A stretch of DNA of 64,000 bases from Sulfurovum sp. (GCA_027068435.1 JAMOTA010000016.1:15228-79227), one strand, 5' to 3'. Positions 8,410-17,969 are shown, counted from the first letter of the stretch. Notes: generated by a model from the sequence alone, not told the origin. Numbers and translations: made by a program.

Positions 8410-11370
8410 CTAAAGCTCTGCTGAGATAAGTTCATTTATTACAGATTTTAATACTTTATTAAATCTAGGAATAAGCGTCTTATCTTGGTTTTTATCAATC
8501 TCTTTGCTTATAGAATAAAGCTCCATAGCCCCAATAGTTTGACTTACCCCTTGAATAGTATGTATTGCTAGTTCAAATGCTTCTCCATCCAGAGTATCAA
8601 GTTCAAAATGTTCATAATTTTTTCTAAATACACGAAGTATTTCAAGGTAAAGTTCTCTATCATTTGCCATAAATTGTAAGCCTATTTCTACGTCAATAGC
8701 ATTAAAAGTAGGTATTATCAAAATAGGTTTTTTTGATACATTATGATATTTGTCCTCTTTTATAGAGAGATATTTTAGTAGCATGGCATAGAGTTTGTTG
8801 ACTTCAATAGGCTTATTAAGATGATCATTCATTCCAGCTTTTTTTGTTTTTTCTATATCTTCTTTCATAACATTAGCAGTTAATGCAATGATAGGAATGT
8901 TAGGGTCTATCTCTCTAATATGTTTACTTACTTCAAAACCATTCATAATAGGCATTTGTAAATCAGTTAAAATAAGTTCATATTTATTAAGGTGAAACAT
9001 ATCTACTGCTTCTTGTCCATTATTAGCCATATCTATGAAAATACCACTATGCTGAAGTAACCCTACAATAATCTCTTGATTGATAAGGTTATCTTCTATG
9101 AGTAGAATTTTACTACCTTTTAGTTTAGTAATCTCATCTTCTAGGCTTACTTCATTTTTCTTATATTCTTTTTCTTGTGTGCTACTTTCTATCTCTTTGA
9201 GTGGAATTTCGAAACTAAATACACTCCCCTTTTCAGGTGTACTCTCAACCCATATTTTACCACCCATCAACTCTACAAGTTGTTTAGAGATACTTAAACC
9301 AAGTCCTGTACCTCCATACTCACGACTCGTACTTCCATCTGCTTGAGTAAATGATTGAAAAAGTTTAGCTTGTTGTTTGGTTGTTAAACCTATACCAGTA
9401 TCTGTGATACTAAATTTAAATGTTTTACTATTTACTCTTTTAATGTAAAGTCCTACCTCTCCACACTCTGTAAACTTTACGGCATTTCCAAGAAGATTAG
9501 TAATAATTTGCCCTATTCTTAGACTATCACCAAAGTAGTGTTTATCTGTTTTAATATCATAATTGATAACTATTGCAAGATTCTTTTCATACGCTTTTAT
9601 CTCTACAAGGTGTATAATATTGGTAATAAGTTCAGGAAGATCAAACTCAATCTTTTCAATTGTAAGTTTTCCCGCTTCTATTTTAGAAAAATCTAAAATA
9701 TCATTGATTATTCCTAAAAGAGATTTGGCACTATAGTCTATTTTCTGAATATAATCTTTTTGTTTATCACTAAGATTTGTTTTCAGTGCTAAATGTGTCA
9801 TACCCAAAATACCATTCATCGGTGTTCTTATCTCATGTGACATATTTGCCAAAAAATCACTTTTTAACTTGGTATTATCTTCAGCTTTTAATCTTGCTAA
9901 TTCTAGTTTCTTATTTACGCAGATAAGCTCTTTTGAACTCTCTTTGGCAAGATAAGTTTGATGCTGTAAATCTATATTTTGTTTTCTATTTTTTTCTATC
10001 TCTTTTTCTAAAGCTATTTTATCTGTAATATCAAGACGAATAGCAATATAGGCTTCTATATTACCGTGTCTGTCAAACATAGGTTCTATATTTGCATCTA
10101 CCCAATAATACCCTTCTAATTTTTTACGATTTTTTACTTGTCCTTTCCATGTTTTACCTTGTTGTATGGTACTCCACATATTTTTAAATACTTCTTTTGG
10201 CATACTAGGGTCTCGTATAATATTATGTGGTTTACCAATCAATTCACTTTTATCATAACCTGCTATTTTACAAAAAGCAACACTTGCATCTGTAATCATC
10301 CCTTTAATGTCGGTAGTAGAACTAATGATATACTTATCTATTAAACTTTTAAGCCTAGATTCATTGGCAATAAGTTTTAAGATAAGATGTATCATAAACA
10401 TAAAAATAAGAAAGCTAATAAACCCAAAGAGTATAAATAAAAAAAGATTCATTTTAGTGTCTTGAAGTTCTGTTTGAATTTTCATATTAATTTGTTTAGC
10501 GAGATAATCATCAATCATTTTAAGGATATCTACTTTTTTAGTACTATCTGTAAACCAATTAATAATATTTATTTTTTTAATTTCATCTATTTTTCCACTC
10601 AAGATAATTTCATTCATAATAGATACATCATCAATCTCTTTACCCTTAAAATAGTTATAATAGTATATTCTAGCATCTTCTGAAGCGTACTGAAGAAAAA
10701 TTTCTCTGCGTAAAAGTTCTTTTTCTATATTGCTGTTAAATTGATTGATTGTAATTTGATTGATAATCTTATCTGATAAAATTGCTGTACCAATCGCACG
10801 TTCTATCCCTGCATTTTCTTTAGAGTACAAAAAGTTACTATAAGCAATAATATTTTGTGCCATATTAGAAAAATTTGACATTTTAGAGATTTCTATAATA
10901 ATTTTTAAAATCTGTTTATTAATATTAGAGTAGTAAAAAAGCATATTATTTTTAGAGATAGAAAAAGTTGAGATAGAATATCTCATCATCTTTATTTTTG
11001 AAAGTTGTTGCAACACTTTTTCTAATGTTATTTTAATAGTAGTAAAAGTATAGGCTTTTTGATTGTTTTTTATAAACTTGGTTAATTCAGTAATCTCTTT
11101 ATCGGTTTCAACCCTTCGTGCATCCAATACTTCTTTAAATTTTTTACCTGATGTACCTAAAAAACCTACAGATAATCCTCTTTCTATCTGTGTAACGTGT
11201 AGGAGTTTAGAGAGTTTTGTAGAAAGAACTATATTATTTTCCAAACGTACAAGAGATTGATATTTAGTATATTTAATTGTAATAAGAAAAGTAATAGTAA
11301 TAAAAAACATAATAATAAGTATAATACTAGGCAGTGTAAATTTTATTTTATTTTGTGATTTTTGATTCAT
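8410..11370 (-). CDS. Hybrid sensor histidine kinase (NIT nitrate/nitrite-sensing domain, 2 TM, PAS, HisKA, HATPase, REC, Hpt)
   Basis: NIT-like QIERGLS and KENAGIERA motifs between two TM helices; PAS (GKPHNI, KGQVKNRKK..YYWV); NMSHEIRTPMN; GGTGLGL; LTDLQMP; HTIQG. Confidence 0.88.
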   Translation of the reverse strand: MNQKSQNKIKFTLPSIILIIMFFITITFLITIKYTKYQSLVRLENNIVLSTKLSKLLHVTQIERGLSVGFLGTSGKKFKEVLDARRVETDKEITELTKFIKNNQKAYTFTTIKITLEKVLQQLSKIKMMRYSISTFSISKNNMLFYYSNINKQILKIIIEISKMSNFSNMAQNIIAYSNFLYSKENAGIERAIGTAILSDKIINQITINQFNSNIEKELLRREIFLQYASEDARIYYYNYFKGKEIDDVSIMNEIILSGKIDEIKKINIINWFTDSTKKVDILKMIDDYLAKQINMKIQTELQDTKMNLFLFILFGFISFLIFMFMIHLILKLIANESRLKSLIDKYIISSTTDIKGMITDASVAFCKIAGYDKSELIGKPHNIIRDPSMPKEVFKNMWSTIQQGKTWKGQVKNRKKLEGYYWVDANIEPMFDRHGNIEAYIAIRLDITDKIALEKEIEKNRKQNIDLQHQTYLAKESSKELICVNKKLELARLKAEDNTKLKSDFLANMSHEIRTPMNGILGMTHLALKTNLSDKQKDYIQKIDYSAKSLLGIINDILDFSKIEAGKLTIEKIEFDLPELITNIIHLVEIKAYEKNLAIVINYDIKTDKHYFGDSLRIGQIITNLLGNAVKFTECGEVGLYIKRVNSKTFKFSITDTGIGLTTKQQAKLFQSFTQADGSTSREYGGTGLGLSISKQLVELMGGKIWVESTPEKGSVFSFEIPLKEIESSTQEKEYKKNEVSLEDEITKLKGSKILLIEDNLINQEIIVGLLQHSGIFIDMANNGQEAVDMFHLNKYELILTDLQMPIMNGFEVSKHIREIDPNIPIIALTANVMKEDIEKTKKAGMNDHLNKPIEVNKLYAMLLKYLSIKEDKYHNVSKKPILIIPTFNAIDVEIGLQFMANDRELYLEILRVFRKNYEHFELDTLDGEAFELAIHTIQGVSQTIGAMELYSISKEIDKNQDKTLIPRFNKVLKSVINELISAEL

Positions 11371-11497
11371 ATTACATTATAGTATATTTAATATTAAGAT
11401 GTAAATATCAGAAAAAACTTAATTAGTAAAAAATTATATTACAACTCTTTCATTACTATTTATAGATATAATCTCAAAAAATTATGAAGGATTAATT

Positions 11498-11977
11498 ATG
11501 ATGACAAGTAATGATATGGATCAAATACGTGATTTATTGATTGGTGATTTTTCTCAAGAGATAAAAAATCAACTTAAAGTCTTAGATGAAAGACTCACAC
11601 AACTTCATGAAGATAACAGACAAGATATAGAAACACTCTCTACTACACTTGATGCAAAAATCAATAAAATATATAAAATTTCTAATGAAAAGACTGAATC
11701 TCTTAAACTCATGATTGAACAACGTCTAAATGAGCAAAACAGTATTACACAAGATGAATTTACATCCATAGAAAATAGACTCAATACCCAAAATATCTCT
11801 ACACAAAAAGCATTAACACTTCTAAAAAGTAGAGTTGATGCTAATATTACCTCTTTACAAGAAGATAACAACCGTAAAAATGTATCTAAGGAGTCGTTAG
11901 CAAGTCTCTTTTTAGAGTATTCACTTAAACTAAAAGACACAAGCCTAGCAGATAAAATCAAAGATAAGACAAAGTAA
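11498..11977 (+). CDS. Coiled-coil hypothetical protein (first gene of the small-GTPase operon)
   Basis: 159 aa, heptad-rich; AAGGA RBS; its stop codon abuts the next ATG (11977/11978). Confidence 0.75.
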   Translation: MMTSNDMDQIRDLLIGDFSQEIKNQLKVLDERLTQLHEDNRQDIETLSTTLDAKINKIYKISNEKTESLKLMIEQRLNEQNSITQDEFTSIENRLNTQNISTQKALTLLKSRVDANITSLQEDNNRKNVSKESLASLFLEYSLKLKDTSLADKIKDKTK

Positions 11978-13939
11978 ATGTCGGAACAATATATCAAACT
12001 AAAATCACTGCTTCTTCAAGAGGAGATGGATAAAATCCAAACGCTTACACAAGATATAAAAGCGTTAGAGCAGATACAAGAGAAAGATATATTGGTAGAG
12101 AGACTCTCTCACATAATTACAGATATTTTAGCCAAAAGTTTACAAAATAATCAACAACAACTCTATGCTACACTACAACCTCTTTTGTCTAAAAGTGTAA
12201 CAGATGAACTCTACAGGTCTAAAGATTTACAAAAAATACTTTTTCCTATTATCACTTCTGCTATACATGAACAAGTACATCAGCAAAAAGAGTCTATAGT
12301 AGATGCTCTTTATCCTATTATGGGTAATATGATTAGTAAATATGTGAGTAGTGCATTTACAGATATGATGCATGAGATAAACAATAGACTTCAATCTTCA
12401 CTCTCATTTTCACGTGTGAAAAGAAAAATAAAGTCTAAAATTTATGGTGTAAGTGAAGCTCAACTTTTACTCCAAGAGACAGACTTTGTAGAGATAGAGA
12501 CCGTATTTTTAATTCATAAAGAGTCAGGACTTCTGATAGTAGATTTACATAAAGAGGAGAATCAAAAGATAGAAGAGGTCGAAATGGTTGCTTCTATGTT
12601 AAGTGCCATCAGGAGTTTTGTAAACGACTGGATTAGCAATGACAAAGAGATGAATGAGATACGTGAGATAGAATATAGTAACTCATCTATTAGCATAGAG
12701 AGTGCAGGAAGCTGTTACTTAGCTGTAGTAACAAGTAACCATGCAGATATGAAAGATACGCTATCTAAAGTCCTCTCACGTGTTGTTTCAAAACATTCAC
12801 AAGAGTTATCTGAATATGATGGAGATACAAGTAAAATTGATATTAACCATATCAAAGCGATACTCTCTACACTCTTTGATAAAGAGAAAGATACCACTCA
12901 AGATAAATTTCCAATTCTTGGAGCTTTAGTACTTTTTGGACTATTAGTACTACCTCTAGGATGGTATGGATATAACTACTATAAAGAGTATATTATAGAA
13001 CAAAATGAGATGAAAATTGATTCTCTGTTAAAAGAGAATCATATCAAAGTTTACGATCTTGATATTCAAACAACTAAAGAGCATAATGCAATATTAAATG
13101 GTATCGTTTTATATCAAGAAGATCAAGAAAAAGTAGATGTGGTTTTAAGAGGGTATCCTCATACTAACCAGATAAACTCCATAGATAGTAACTTTAATAA
13201 AAACCATAGAGTAGTACTACTAGATAAACTCATACATGCAATCAATGAGAAGTATCACTCAAATATCAGCTATACAAGATACTACAATAAGCTAAGATTT
13301 ACAGGTCTATTGGTTGATGAAAAAAATAGAGAAAACTTTATTACTCAAGTAAATATAATACTTGATAATGAAATACCTCTATTTAATATAGAAGTTTTAT
13401 CTCCTTCTGTTAAAAAAATCGTTAATGAGACAAACAAGAAATATCGTTCCAATATCACTTACCATCAAGCGTTTGATAAGGTACGTTTTTCAGGAATAAT
13501 TATTGATAAAAAAGCAAAAGATACATTTATTTCTAAAATTCAAATAGAAATTGAGAAGAGTAAAATAATCAATGAAATAAAAGTTTTACCTACATTAAAA
13601 TATAAAATCTATTTTGATTTAGGTTCTTCTACTATTGATTCTAAATATGATAAGATATTAGACAAATTAACTTCTATAATAAATAAATATAGTCATTATT
13701 ATATAAAAATTAATGGATATACAGATGATAAAGGTTCAAGTTTCATCAATAAAAAATTATCTTTAAATAGAGCTAATAACATTAAGCAAGAGCTTATAAA
13801 TAGAGGAATTAAGAAGAATATGCTTATGATAAAAGCCGTAGCAAAACCACCAATAGAGATAGAAAATATTCAAGATAAAGATAAAGAGTCTCTCTCTCGA
13901 TGTGTTATGTTTAATTGGGAGATTTCTAGTGAGAAGTAA
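11978..13939 (+). CDS. Single-pass membrane protein: helical N-terminus, putative longin/roadblock-like domain, TM, BON-like repeats, C-terminal OmpA peptidoglycan-binding domain
   Basis: TM FPILGALVLFGLLVLPLGWYGY; OmpA motif IYFD.GS...GYTDDKGS..N..LS..RA...R.V; two 53-aa internal repeats at 13241-13399 and 13430-13588. Confidence 0.8.
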   Translation: MSEQYIKLKSLLLQEEMDKIQTLTQDIKALEQIQEKDILVERLSHIITDILAKSLQNNQQQLYATLQPLLSKSVTDELYRSKDLQKILFPIITSAIHEQVHQQKESIVDALYPIMGNMISKYVSSAFTDMMHEINNRLQSSLSFSRVKRKIKSKIYGVSEAQLLLQETDFVEIETVFLIHKESGLLIVDLHKEENQKIEEVEMVASMLSAIRSFVNDWISNDKEMNEIREIEYSNSSISIESAGSCYLAVVTSNHADMKDTLSKVLSRVVSKHSQELSEYDGDTSKIDINHIKAILSTLFDKEKDTTQDKFPILGALVLFGLLVLPLGWYGYNYYKEYIIEQNEMKIDSLLKENHIKVYDLDIQTTKEHNAILNGIVLYQEDQEKVDVVLRGYPHTNQINSIDSNFNKNHRVVLLDKLIHAINEKYHSNISYTRYYNKLRFTGLLVDEKNRENFITQVNIILDNEIPLFNIEVLSPSVKKIVNETNKKYRSNITYHQAFDKVRFSGIIIDKKAKDTFISKIQIEIEKSKIINEIKVLPTLKYKIYFDLGSSTIDSKYDKILDKLTSIINKYSHYYIKINGYTDDKGSSFINKKLSLNRANNIKQELINRGIKKNMLMIKAVAKPPIEIENIQDKDKESLSRCVMFNWEISSEK

Positions 13940-14429
13940 ACAAAAAAAAATTATTTTAATAGGAAACTTTTCTGTAGGAAAAACTTCTCTTATTAGGCGT
14001 TATGTTGACAATAGTTTTGATGATAAATATATTAGTACCATAGGTCTAAAAATATCTAAGAAGAGTATCTCTATAGAAAATGAAGAGATGATTCTTCTTA
14101 TATGGGATATTGAAGGAGCATTAGATAAAGTAAGAAGAGTAAACAAAACATATATTAAAGGTGCTCACGCAGCTATTATTGTTACTGATGTTACATCAGA
14201 AGAGATAGAAGAGACTATTAAAATACATCTTAATGACCTCTATGATGTAACGGGTGAGATACCTGTAATTATAGCCTTTAATAAAATTGATAAAAATGAA
14301 AACTTTCAAATGGATATTACATCTTTACAAAATAATTACCCTTCTCTTATAGGTTCTTGTCTTACTTCTGCAAAAAATAGTTTTAATGTCAATACTTTAT
14401 TTAAACTTCTTGCAAGTGAGCTAGTCTAA
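13929..14429 (+). CDS. Rab/Ras-like small GTPase (stand-alone, about 166 aa)
   Basis: G1 GNFSVGKT, G2 YISTIG, G3 WDIEG, G4 NKID, G5 SAK. Start reassigned to GTG 13929 (GGAG 7 nt upstream; 11-bp overlap with the previous gene). Confidence 0.9.
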   Translation: MRSKQKKIILIGNFSVGKTSLIRRYVDNSFDDKYISTIGLKISKKSISIENEEMILLIWDIEGALDKVRRVNKTYIKGAHAAIIVTDVTSEEIEETIKIHLNDLYDVTGEIPVIIAFNKIDKNENFQMDITSLQNNYPSLIGSCLTSAKNSFNVNTLFKLLASELV

Positions 14430-15556
14430 TGCCCATAAATTATGAAGCTTTATGTGACTTTATAATAGATGAGTACAAAATTGCTTATATTATAATAGAT
14501 AATTCTTTTTTAGTTAAATCTTTTTCACCTATGGTAGAAAACTTTTTTGATAATAGACTCATAGTAGATTGTGATATAAGAAACTATTTCTATGAATTTA
14601 TTGGGTATGAGGATGACTTTAATGCCATAAGTACACAACAGCAAAAAGAGTTTCATCTACTCTCTGTAAATAAAAATAGTTTTTATCTTGATATTCATGT
14701 TGAAAAATTTGATGAGAGTGGAACTTTAGTTGTATTTGTCACAGATGTAACAGAACGTATGCATGCACAACAACTACTCTTACAAGATAGAAACCAAACA
14801 GAACTACTCTCAAGAGAACTTATTTATAAAAGTAAACAAAAAGATAAAATGATGATGTTACAGTCACGCCATGCACAAATGGGTGAGATGATTAGCATGA
14901 TAGCCCATCAATGGAAGCAACCACTTACTGTTATCTCTATTTTAATGCAAAGTATTTATATCAAATTTCTTACAGGTAAACTAAATGAAAATCTTATGGA
15001 AAATTTTCAAAAAGATACCCAAGAGCAGATACAGTTAATGTCACATACCATTAATGATTTTAAAGATTTTTTTAAACCAGAAAAAGAGAAAAAAGACTTC
15101 AATGCAACAGAGACTATTCATCACGTTATAAAACTTCTTCATCCTCTTTTGGAAGATAAAAAAATTCATATAGATACAACTCTTTTAGAAAATGTTGTAA
15201 TTTCAGGGTATTCCAATGAATTTGCACAAGCGTTGATTAATATTTTCACTAATGCTAAAGATGCTTTAGCACTATTATCTGATAATAAACCAAAGATTAT
15301 AAAAGTCTATACCATACAAAATAAAGAGACTATCTCTATTATCATTGAAGACAACGCTGGAGGAATTCCTAATAAAGTTATAGATACTATATTTAATCCT
15401 TATTTTTCCACTAAAGAAAAAGGTACAGGTCTAGGACTATATATGAGTAAAATGATTATAGAAGAGTATATGAATGGACATATTACTGTAAAAAACAGCA
15501 TAGATGGTGCTATCTTTACTATTAGTTTAAAATTAGTGAATCTTATTCATTCGTAA
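14429..15556 (+). CDS. Soluble PAS-like sensor histidine kinase
   Basis: PAS-like N-terminus ending VTDVTER; H-box MIAHQWKQPL; N/D/G boxes (NIFTNAKDA, DNAGGIP, KGTGLGLYMS); TAATG overlap with the GTPase gene. Confidence 0.88.
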   Translation: MPINYEALCDFIIDEYKIAYIIIDNSFLVKSFSPMVENFFDNRLIVDCDIRNYFYEFIGYEDDFNAISTQQQKEFHLLSVNKNSFYLDIHVEKFDESGTLVVFVTDVTERMHAQQLLLQDRNQTELLSRELIYKSKQKDKMMMLQSRHAQMGEMISMIAHQWKQPLTVISILMQSIYIKFLTGKLNENLMENFQKDTQEQIQLMSHTINDFKDFFKPEKEKKDFNATETIHHVIKLLHPLLEDKKIHIDTTLLENVVISGYSNEFAQALINIFTNAKDALALLSDNKPKIIKVYTIQNKETISIIIEDNAGGIPNKVIDTIFNPYFSTKEKGTGLGLYMSKMIIEEYMNGHITVKNSIDGAIFTISLKLVNLIHS

Positions 15557-15626
15557 GCTCACTTTATATTACTGCTATTTTTTAACTTAAATATGATTAT
15601 AATACCCCATTATTACACTTTAAATT

Positions 15627-17363
15627 TTGGAGTACCTTTTGCGTTTATTATCTTTTCTTTTACTTTTGTTTTTTCTACAATCTCCTCTTATTGCTCAAAC
15701 GTTGTCTATGGAAAATATCTCTCTTAATATTAAAACCTCTCTTCCTAGCCTAATAAAAGGGAAAAATAGAGCTATCGTTCAAAATCTTTATGATCAAACT
15801 GAATACAAAGCATTATGGATAGGAGAGAATAATAGAGAGAAAATGAGTCAACTTGTACAAGCACTTAGCAACCCTCTTTTTAACTATAAAGATAAATCTT
15901 TTGACCAAAAAACTATAGCACGTCTCTTTTTCATGTTAGATAATGAAGATATAAGCAGAAAGAAACAAGCTGCTGTGTATGCAAGACTTGATCTTATACT
16001 AAGTAATTCTATGGTGCGATTGGTGCGATTTATTGTGCAAGGAGATGTAGATTGGAACTTAGTACAACGTAAATTTCAAGCCCTTAAAGAGAGTGATGAT
16101 ATTAAAGCCACATGGGAGATGTCATATAAATCATTTCCTAGTGAAACTGTACTTTTTTCTGCTATAAAAAATGGAAATATACGTTCGTATCTTCAAACAC
16201 TTATACCTATGAAAACAAGATATATTAATTTAGTTGACTTGTTAAAAGACTATCGTATCATGGATAAATTTCCAAAAATAAAATATACAAAAAGACCACT
16301 AAAAATAGGCAATAGAAATGCCCTTGTAAAAGAGGTAAAAAAACGCTTACAAATTTCAGGTGACTATCCCAAAAATACTTCCTTAAACAGTACTTTTGAT
16401 GAGACACTACAAGAGGCAGTAAAAAGATACCAAAAACGCTACTTGCTTAAAATCACAGGTATGGTAGATAAAACAATGGTCTATTATTTAAACCAATCTG
16501 TGAAAAAAAATATTCAAGCTATTATTACTAACTTAGATAAAACAAAACTCTATCCTAAATCTTTTGAATCAGAGTATGTAGAGGTAAATATTCCTGACTT
16601 TAACCTTCGCTACTATAGAGGAGGCAGAAAAATCATGAAAATGGGTGTTGTTGTTGGGCGTACAGATAGACCTACACCTCTTTTCCATGATAAGATAGAG
16701 TACATGGTAATCAATCCTACATGGACGATTCCAAATAACCTTATTAAGAGAGATTTGATTCATGTACTAAGAGAGAACCCATCATACCTAGAAGATAATA
16801 ACATTCATGTATTTTCAGGTAAAAAAGAGATACAAATTACCCAAGATATGTTAAACCCTTATGAACACAATCAAAAGCATGTACCTTACCGTTTTGTTCA
16901 ATTTCCAGGAGATAACAACGCTTTAGGTCGTATTAAATTTATGTTCCCTAACAAGTATGCTGTTTATCTTCATGATACAGACAACAAAACCCTACTTAAA
17001 AGACGTTATAAAGTTTATAGCTCAGGGTGTATGAGAGTAGATAAACCTTTTAAACTAATGGATATGCTATTGAAAAGTTCCCATAAAAGTTATTCACAAC
17101 ATGAACTACAGGAAATTATTGATACAGATAAACCTACAACTATAAAATTACGTAAAGCTATACCCGTGCATATACTCTACTTTACTGTCTATAAAGAGGA
17201 TGGTTTAGCCTACTTTAAAAACGATATTTATATGTATGATCAAATTATAGAAGAGTCTATATTAGGTCGTCAGAAATCTACTTTTACTGTACCTAAAAAA
17301 AGACTCATCTCCATAAAAAAACAAACAAATTCACAAACACTTCCACAAAAAAATAAAAACTAA
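15627..17363 (+). CDS. L,D-transpeptidase (YcbB/LdtD-like) with peptidoglycan-binding domain
   Basis: Signal peptide, PG-binding segment (LQEAVKRYQKRY), VNIPDF, NPTWTIP, VYLHDT...SSGCMRV. Confidence 0.88.
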   Translation: MEYLLRLLSFLLLLFFLQSPLIAQTLSMENISLNIKTSLPSLIKGKNRAIVQNLYDQTEYKALWIGENNREKMSQLVQALSNPLFNYKDKSFDQKTIARLFFMLDNEDISRKKQAAVYARLDLILSNSMVRLVRFIVQGDVDWNLVQRKFQALKESDDIKATWEMSYKSFPSETVLFSAIKNGNIRSYLQTLIPMKTRYINLVDLLKDYRIMDKFPKIKYTKRPLKIGNRNALVKEVKKRLQISGDYPKNTSLNSTFDETLQEAVKRYQKRYLLKITGMVDKTMVYYLNQSVKKNIQAIITNLDKTKLYPKSFESEYVEVNIPDFNLRYYRGGRKIMKMGVVVGRTDRPTPLFHDKIEYMVINPTWTIPNNLIKRDLIHVLRENPSYLEDNNIHVFSGKKEIQITQDMLNPYEHNQKHVPYRFVQFPGDNNALGRIKFMFPNKYAVYLHDTDNKTLLKRRYKVYSSGCMRVDKPFKLMDMLLKSSHKSYSQHELQEIIDTDKPTTIKLRKAIPVHILYFTVYKEDGLAYFKNDIYMYDQIIEESILGRQKSTFTVPKKRLISIKKQTNSQTLPQKNKN

Positions 17364-17365
17364 CA

Positions 17366-17848
17366 CTACTTTTTCTTACGCATTTTCACTCTTTGAAGAT
17401 GCGTGATAGCTATTGCCATAGCATCGGTAATATCTAAAGGCTTTATCTCTTTTTTTATGTTGAACAATCTCTTTACCATAAATGCAACTTGTTCTTTGGT
17501 TGCTTTTCCATTTCCAGTGACTGCTTTTTTTACCTGTAACGCTGTATATTCATGAAAAAAACCTACCTCTTGAAGTATTTTTAAACACAATGCTCCTCTA
17601 AACTGTGCAAGTTTTATCACCGACTTTGGATTATATGCAAAAAAGATATCTTCAATAGCTACTTCATCTACTTTGTGTGTCTTTAAAATAAGGTCTATCC
17701 CCTCAACCATCTCAACTATTTGTGTCTGTAACTCTTTCTCTTTCATTTTAAGTAAACCAGCTTCAATAAGTGAAAACTTTTTTCCATCCCAATTTATGAT
17801 ACAGTAGCCTAAATTACGGCTTCCTGGGTCTATTCCTAATATATTCAT
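17366..17848 (-). CDS. ruvC: Holliday junction resolvase
   Basis: [39 protein letters not shown]. Confidence 0.97.
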   Translation of the reverse strand: MNILGIDPGSRNLGYCIINWDGKKFSLIEAGLLKMKEKELQTQIVEMVEGIDLILKTHKVDEVAIEDIFFAYNPKSVIKLAQFRGALCLKILQEVGFFHEYTALQVKKAVTGNGKATKEQVAFMVKRLFNIKKEIKPLDITDAMAIAITHLQRVKMRKKK

Positions 17849-17943
17849 TCACACCTTTGTTCACATGGTGAATAACTTTATTCACCACTGTTTAATACCC
17901 TTATTTTAGCTTATCTTTGTTAAACTATTAAAAGTTATTCACA
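17845..17943. promoter_or_regulatory. oriC1: DnaA-box cluster upstream of dnaA
   Basis: TCATTCACA 17845-17853, TTGTTCACA 17857-17865, TTATTCACC (minus) 17867-17875, TTATTCACC 17878-17886, TTATTCACA 17935-17943. These match the epsilonproteobacterial TTCAC-core DnaA box. Confidence 0.85.
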
Positions 17944-17969
17944 TAATAGTTATTATATAGGGTTTACAC

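Noticed and set aside
11605-11997. 130-aa antisense ORF, and many other 60-140 aa shadow ORFs (e.g. 40545-40940, 51433-51852, 56775-57266)
   Set aside because: They lie wholly opposite well-supported genes, are Ser/Leu/Phe-rich as expected for antisense frames, and have no motifs.
13942-13950. A9 tract at the 5' end of the GTPase gene as a phase-variation switch
   Set aside because: The frame is intact and A/T runs of this length are common in this AT-rich DNA (e.g. T9 at 23866-23874). Campylobacterota contingency loci are mostly poly-G/C, and no long G/C run was seen.
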